The translations under genes and the position numbers were made by a program. A stretch of 37,959 nt of DNA from Octopus bimaculoides (Eukaryota): positions 50,071,410 to 50,109,368 of the forward strand of contig NC_068999.1 of the NCBI RefSeq assembly GCF_001194135.2, in the 5' to 3' direction. The notes below the pieces were generated by a model, which ran no database searches, was not told the DNA's origin, and saw nothing but the letters and a program-made list of their open reading frames with translations. Numbering within the stretch: position 1 is the stretch's first letter; the number at the start of each line of letters is the position of its first letter. Of this stretch, positions 32,805-37,959 are shown piece after piece.

Positions 32805-32994
32805 TATTCTTCATTTGTGGATTAACAAGGTTACCAATGGTTCCATGTGGAAGAGATCTTCACAATTGTTCACAAGCACACCACATTGTGATCTTGGTAC
32901 ACATGTCACCAAGGTCTTGACATGGTGAGCTTAAACAGTCGTGGAGACCTCTTCCACAGGGAACCATCAGTTCCTTTAATCCACAAATAAAATA
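32805..32994. mobile_element. Fold-back MITE with ~55-bp imperfect TIRs and TA ends (Tc1/mariner-like)
   Basis: 32805-32863 (tattcttcatttgtggattaac...ggttccatgtggaagagatcttcac) is the reverse complement of 32941-32994 (gtggagacctcttccacagggaacc...ttaatccacaaataaaata) apart from a few mismatches and indels. Confidence 0.8.
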
Positions 32995-34949
32995 CACGCA
33001 CATACACTTTTTTTTTTTTTTTTTTTTTTTTCCCACCTTTTTGGGATGGGGTACAGGGTCTGCTTCTCCCTTGCCCTCCTTATCTCACTCTTTACACCCT
33101 GTCTGAGAATTTAAAGCAGTAGATGAAGTCTTGATGCTATCTACGTAAAATTGAAAAATTCATAAGAATATTGTTTGCTGATGAAATGAGGTGGGGGAGA
33201 AAACATTCCATGGTTTATATACACTTGTTTAGCTGAGGCATAATGTTGTCGTTGTTTCACTCTTGGTTGTGCTCTATTTCTGGCTCCCCCTCCTCCTAAA
33301 TGAATAGGGTCATCTCTTACAGGAATTAAAATTTTGTGCAATTTATTCCCTCCATTCATATTTTCTATCTTGGTTGTTGAACCAATATCATCTGTTCAAG
33401 ACTGTGATAATCCCATATATATATAATATATTTTTAATTTTAATTTTTTGTTTTTCTTTTATTTTATTTTCTAAGTGTCATTAGTTCATCTTGTTCTGAC
33501 TTTTTTTTCCCTCTCAATTTGGTTTCTTTCCAAGCAAAAATGTGTATCACTTCTCCCTGCTTCACTATTATCATAATTAAAAAAAAAAGAGGAAAAATAA
33601 ATATCTTCATTCAGCCCCTGTATGGCAGCTTTTTTTTTTTTTTTTTTTTTTTTTTTCTTCATTAGATTTACCTAATGGTTGTTAATATGGCAATATTCTT
33701 CAAGAACATCCAACTTGCTCCGTTCTAATATCTCTTGTCAGCCATAGCCAATGGAGAAATATCACGTCACATAAAACTGATGCTGTCGTACTCTGATAAA
33801 TATTAAATTAAATTGATGGTTACATGAAAAATAGACTTGGCTTAAATTTCCTTTTCTTTCCTGATGAAGAGAAAAATTAATTATTGTAAGAAGAAAAAAT
33901 ATTTAACAAGTCTTTCAAAATTGTATTAGTAATTTAAATTGTATATAAATTGTTTCAATCTGTTATAGAATTTTGGAAGCTGATATTCAGATTGGTTTGT
34001 TTTTATTTTTGTTTCTAAAAATATTTAATGGTACGTTGGTAGGACTTCTTGTTTTCTTTGTTTTTATTCCTTTTCTAAATTTATCTTTATAAACATCCCC
34101 TTCATTGACTTCACTTTGTCTTTGTTCCTTAGCTGCTAGCTAAGTCACTTTCTTCTTGCAATTGGTTATTATAGCTCTTCGGTCTGCTTCTTCTCTTGCA
34201 TGCTTTTGCAGACATATATATATATATATAGTCTACGCAGCAGATACGCATCTTCTGAAAGTAATGTCATTTATATACATATAATTTGAAATATAATTAT
34301 ATATAATATATGGTTATATTTCAAATTCTTTGTCACCAAACAGGCCATGAGTATCAAAGTTCTCCAAGGAAAATATTAAAATCTAGGCAATTTCTTTGTG
34401 TATTTATGAGATGGTGGTCTTTATTCTATAAATGAATGATCTGGGGGTAGGTAGGTTTACTATATTGTTAATTTAGACTTGTTTTTACTTTCCCTCCATT
34501 TTGCAGTAGGAGATTTGTATTAAGTGCTCCTTTGTGTTTTAGTTTACATATATGCTAAAGCTTTTTTTTTTTTTTTAATTTCTAAATTTAGGTATTTATC
34601 AGGCATTCCTAAATACTGATAATTTTGTTTGTTGACTCCCTTTTTTTTCTTTTATCTTTTGTCCTTTGAGGCCAGCAGTTCCCTAAATATGGAATATGGT
34701 GCCTGCTAAACTGTGTTACTGTTGGTTAGGTGGTAAGAGTTGCATTGCTAAGACTAGAACTGTTTTGATTGTTGTTTTGTTACAAAGTTTGGTTATTTAT
34801 TATTCTTGCAGTTTTTCCACAAGCTCAAAGTTGAGAGTTCGAAATTCAATAAAAAAAAAAATTACAAAAAAGTACTTTTGAAGAGAAGTAAAAGAAAAAG
34901 AAAATGGTTTTTAAACTTTCAACAAAGGCTTCTATATTACTGTGAATGA

Positions 34950-35162
34950 GTGGGCAAGCTGGCAGAATTATTACTATACTTGACAAAATGCTTAGTGACA
35001 TGTTTTCTGGCATCTTCACATTGTGTTCAAATGCTGCCAAGGTCAACTTTGCCTTTCATCCTTTCAGGCTTGATAAAATAAGTCCCAGCTGAGCACTGGA
35101 GTCAATGTGATCGACTTGTCCCCTTCCCCAAATTTCAGGCCTTCTCGCCTACATTAGAAAGA
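34950..35162 (+). mobile_element. Second SINE family copy
   Basis: AGCTGGCAGAATT...GGTCAACTTTGCCTTTCATCCTTTCAGG...GATAAAATAAG...GCACTGGAGTCAATG. Confidence 0.85.
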
Positions 35163-36251
35163 AACACTAAAAATTCCTCAAATAGAGCAGGTGTTACTTA
35201 CCTTGTCTAAACAGACAGAACACACCTGCGTGAATGGATTTTCCTCTGAAAGTTAACTCCTAAGTGGTAAGCATGCATGAAATCATGTTAGAAGCTTATT
35301 AAATGATTTATTTTTCCTTCAGGTGCATCTTCACTACTGGAGTTTAGCTGGGCTTTTTTTTTTTTTTCTCTTTTTTTTCTTGAATTTTTTTTTAAAGAAT
35401 CGTTTAACCTTATTTCACCTTTTTGCTTAACCACTGATAAGGGCCACTACGAAGTCATCTGCAATAAAACTCTTTGCCTTACCCCTATAGTTGGGAAATC
35501 CTCTCCTATACACTTGTCACAACATCAATCAAATTTAAGCACTGGACCTTATTAAATTTTTTTTTTTTCATCCTATTTTAAAATATCTTCATGGCAAACC
35601 CTTTTTTATAAAATTTTAGAAATGATCATTTGTGCTGATTTTATCTATTGACTTCATTCTTTTTGGTCTGACTTTTGACCTTCAAACACCATTAAANNNN
35701 NNNNNNAGAAATGATCATTTGTGCTGATTTTATCTATTGACTGCATTCTTTTTGGTCTGACTTTTGACCTTCAAACACCATTAAAAAAAAAAATAAAGGG
35801 AATTCCTGACCTCCCTCCCTCCCCTCTTATCTATCATTTATTCATGTATAATACACACTTTTGGTTTTTTAAAATTTATAAATATCAGCTGTACATATCG
35901 TATGCGAGATTTGTTAATACCTTCCATTCCTCCATCAGGTGTGTTGCCATATTCATGACAACCATGATGTGCAATGAAGAGTCAATAAATAAATAAATAA
36001 CAGTAATGTTGCATTCCCTCTTCTGTGATAGAGCTGATGTTATTAACATTTGGGACAACTAACAGGTACACATCCCAGGCCTTCAGTACAAAAGTCACAT
36101 TTAAATACCACTTAAACTGCATAATCTGAAGAATTGATAGTAATACATAAATACTATTATTATAAGAATGTGAACATAAGCAGGAACATACTTTCTTTTT
36201 TTGGAATATTGTAATTACAAACTGCCAGTGTGTGTGTGTGTGTATTATTTT

Positions 36252-36590
36252 TTTTTACTTGTTTGTCATTCGACTGCAGACATGCTGGAGCATGGCCTTG
36301 AAAGGTTTTAGTTGAAGAAATCAACCTTTGTACTTATTCTATCAGTTTATTTTGCTGAACTGCTAAGTTATGGGGACATAATCACACCAGCATTGGTTGT
36401 CAAGCAATGGCAGACAGACACACACACAAATATGATGGGCTTCTTTCAGTTTCTCTCTGCTAAATCCACTCGCAAGGCTTTGGTCAGCCCAATGCTATAG
36501 TGAAAGACACATGCCAAAGGTACCACTCAGTGGGACTGAACCCAGAACCATGTGGTTGGGAAGCAAGCTTCTTACCACACAGCCACACCT
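36252..36590 (-). mobile_element. CORE-type SINE, tail type A variant
   Basis: Reverse complement of the family: TTACTTGTTT...CATGCTGGAGCA...GTGGGACTGAACCC...CTTACCACACAGCCAC. Confidence 0.88.
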
Positions 36591-36649
36591 ATATATATAA
36601 AATTTGATGTCCTCTGTTCCAGTTTTGCATGGCTCACACAGAATTTGCC

Positions 36650-36975
36650 AAGTCAGATTTTCTATAGCCAGGTGCACTTTGTTACCAACCCTCCTTTGTC
36701 TTCAAGCAAGATTATACTTGCTCGTTGCTAAGCACCTTTTTTTTTTTTTTTAAATCAAAAATTGCATTTATGATGGTGATGCTCAGCTTAGTCATCACAC
36801 AATCTCTTAAGGCTACACACATGGTGGGCTTCTTTTAGTTTCCATCTACCAAATCCACTTAAAAAGCTGTGGTTAGCCTGTGACTATAGTAGAAGACATT
36901 TGCCCAAGGTGCCACACAAAGGGATTGAACCCAAGACCACAATGGTTGGGAAAAAATTTCTGACCCGCATGGCTG
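36650..36975 (-). mobile_element. CORE-type SINE, tail type B, diverged
   Basis: CAGATTTTCTATAGCC...CTACCAAATCCAC...TTTGCCCAAGGTGCCAC. Confidence 0.7.
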
Positions 36976-37774
36976 AATAAACATCTTTCTATTAAAAGAA
37001 AGTATTCAACAAAGAAACTATTTAAATGGAAATGATTTTATGTCCTTTCACACTGATCAGATTTTCACAATTCAAAAGTTAATTTCTACAGCCTCCATCA
37101 ATAAAGATCCCTCTTTGAATTTGTAGTTCATTTTAAATATGTGAACATTACTATTGTTTTAAACAGCAATTATACCAAACTTTCTATATACATATATCAT
37201 GAATATAAGACAAAAAGTGTGTATTATACACAGAATTTTTTTTTTCTTTCTTTACCATAGGATTTCAGAGCCCATGCGAGTTACATAGTACATACGAATA
37301 TTATTTGGGAAAAAGCAACAGCATTCTGTGAAATTGCTGTGTGGCGTGGCACATGGTAATGTTTCAATCAAATCCCTTCTCAAAGATAAAATTGACTGGA
37401 GGAAAATAAGATAGCCAGCCAGGTCTTTGCATCCTTTGCTGTTTCTCTCCTTTCAGTTTTACTCTGAAGAAGCATGGTCTGGACTGGTGGACCCAGACTC
37501 CACTCCATCCCTACAGTAGTTGCTTTTTCCCAAGTGATACAAGTCTTACTGATGCAGACCATCACCAGTCTGCTCGGATTCTGTTAGGTTTTTTGAGTAC
37601 ATTTCCAAATTGTTATTACATGGATTTTTAATTTGAATAATTTTCTGTATTATCTGCTCTACTTATTTGTTCTAAAATGAGTTTTTTTTTGTTGTTTTTT
37701 TTTTAATTTACTGCTTTTTTTTCCTTTTCTTCAAAACTGTATTTTAACATTTTAAGCATTTTGAATTATTGTAG

Positions 37775-37848
37775 GTCCTATTCCTAAAATCAGGAGAACA
37801 CTCTCTGGTGTCAGAGAACACCCTTACAATAGGGTGGCTCTCCCCTGA
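37775..37848 (+). CDS. qki: qki long-isoform last coding exon: (G)PIPKIRRTLSGVREHPYNRVALP* (absent from the ORF track)
   Basis: Acceptor ttattgtag|GT in phase 1 matches the exon 6 donor. Basic residues plus REHPYNR match the STAR RxHPY(Q/G)R NLS motif of QKI-5/How(L). TGA at 37846-37848. Confidence 0.9.
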
Positions 37849-37959
37849 TCTTTCTCAAAAGCAGGTTAGTCCCCAATTTAATACAGGTTCTATCTTGTAG
37901 TTTTTTTTTACTTATTTATTTCTTTGTTTCATTTAAAGATATATGAAGAGCTTTAAATG

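Larger units (their letters stand above)
6852..37848 (+). other. qki: quaking/held-out-wings (STAR/GSG family KH RNA-binding protein) gene, 5'-partial; exon 1 is upstream of the window
   Basis: Exons with canonical AG/GT ends and compatible phases splice into one ORF: QUA1 tail, KH domain ([12 protein letters not shown]...[14 protein letters not shown]), QUA2 (QLMELAIxNGTYRD), Pro/Tyr-rich tail (YNPYEYPY...ILEYP) and an RxHPY motif. Exon sizes of 117 and 144 nt match the QKI exon 3 and 4 sizes I recall. Confidence 0.97.

Noticed and set aside
34212-34231. Acceptor ttttgcag| giving a DIYIYI* tail
   Set aside because: The coding frame is just a (TA)n microsatellite.
35323-35345. Strong acceptor tttttccttcag|GTGCATC as another qki exon (GASSLLEFSWA...)
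   Set aside because: There is no credible donor (GTTTAG is poor) and the phase-1 frame runs into poly(T)-encoded Phe. It cannot be supported without reads.
35617-35785. ~80-bp direct repeat on both sides of the 10-N gap at 35697-35706 (one mismatch)
   Set aside because: Contig or haplotype overlap at a gap, not a biological duplication.
16-37565. ORF-track entries outside the qki exons, including poly-CV, poly-HT and Phe-rich ORFs and SINE-derived ...GLNPEPCGW ORFs
   Set aside because: They come from microsatellites, T tracts or SINEs and show no protein similarity. The six that overlap qki exons are single-exon extensions into introns.
1-37959. Window-wide enrichment of ACTAAY Quaking motifs
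   Set aside because: The number I saw is no more than expected for this AT content. Only positionally notable sites are reported.

Overview
AT-rich animal genomic DNA with many microsatellites and four N-gaps. The repeat repertoire (tRNA/CORE-type SINEs, RTE-like tails, TTAA MITEs) looks like an octopus/cephalopod genome; this is an inference. The window holds most of one + strand spliced gene, a quaking/held-out-wings (QKI/How) STAR-family KH RNA-binding protein. Exon 1 (QUA1 start) lies upstream of the window. Exons found: 6852-6985, 13342-13458, 19737-19880, [26290-26386 OR 26472-26586], optional 31047-31166, 32333-32584, then either intron read-through (GMPFVR*) or a last coding exon 37775-37848 carrying the REHPYNR nuclear-localisation-type motif. 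The main discovery is a tandemly duplicated, apparently mutually exclusive pair of exons encoding the RNA-contacting QUA2 helix. One copy is vertebrate-QKI-like ([17 protein letters not shown]) and the other How-like ([17 protein letters not shown]). They are flanked by a bipartite Quaking response element overlapping the exon 5a branch-point region and an RBFOX UGCAUG in the 85-nt intron between them. This suggests an autoregulated splicing switch of the RNA-binding surface. The introns are filled with SINEs, piggyBac-like, hAT and mariner MITEs and LINE debris. Almost all ORF-track entries outside these exons are spurious. Splice models are read from sequence only, with no transcript data.
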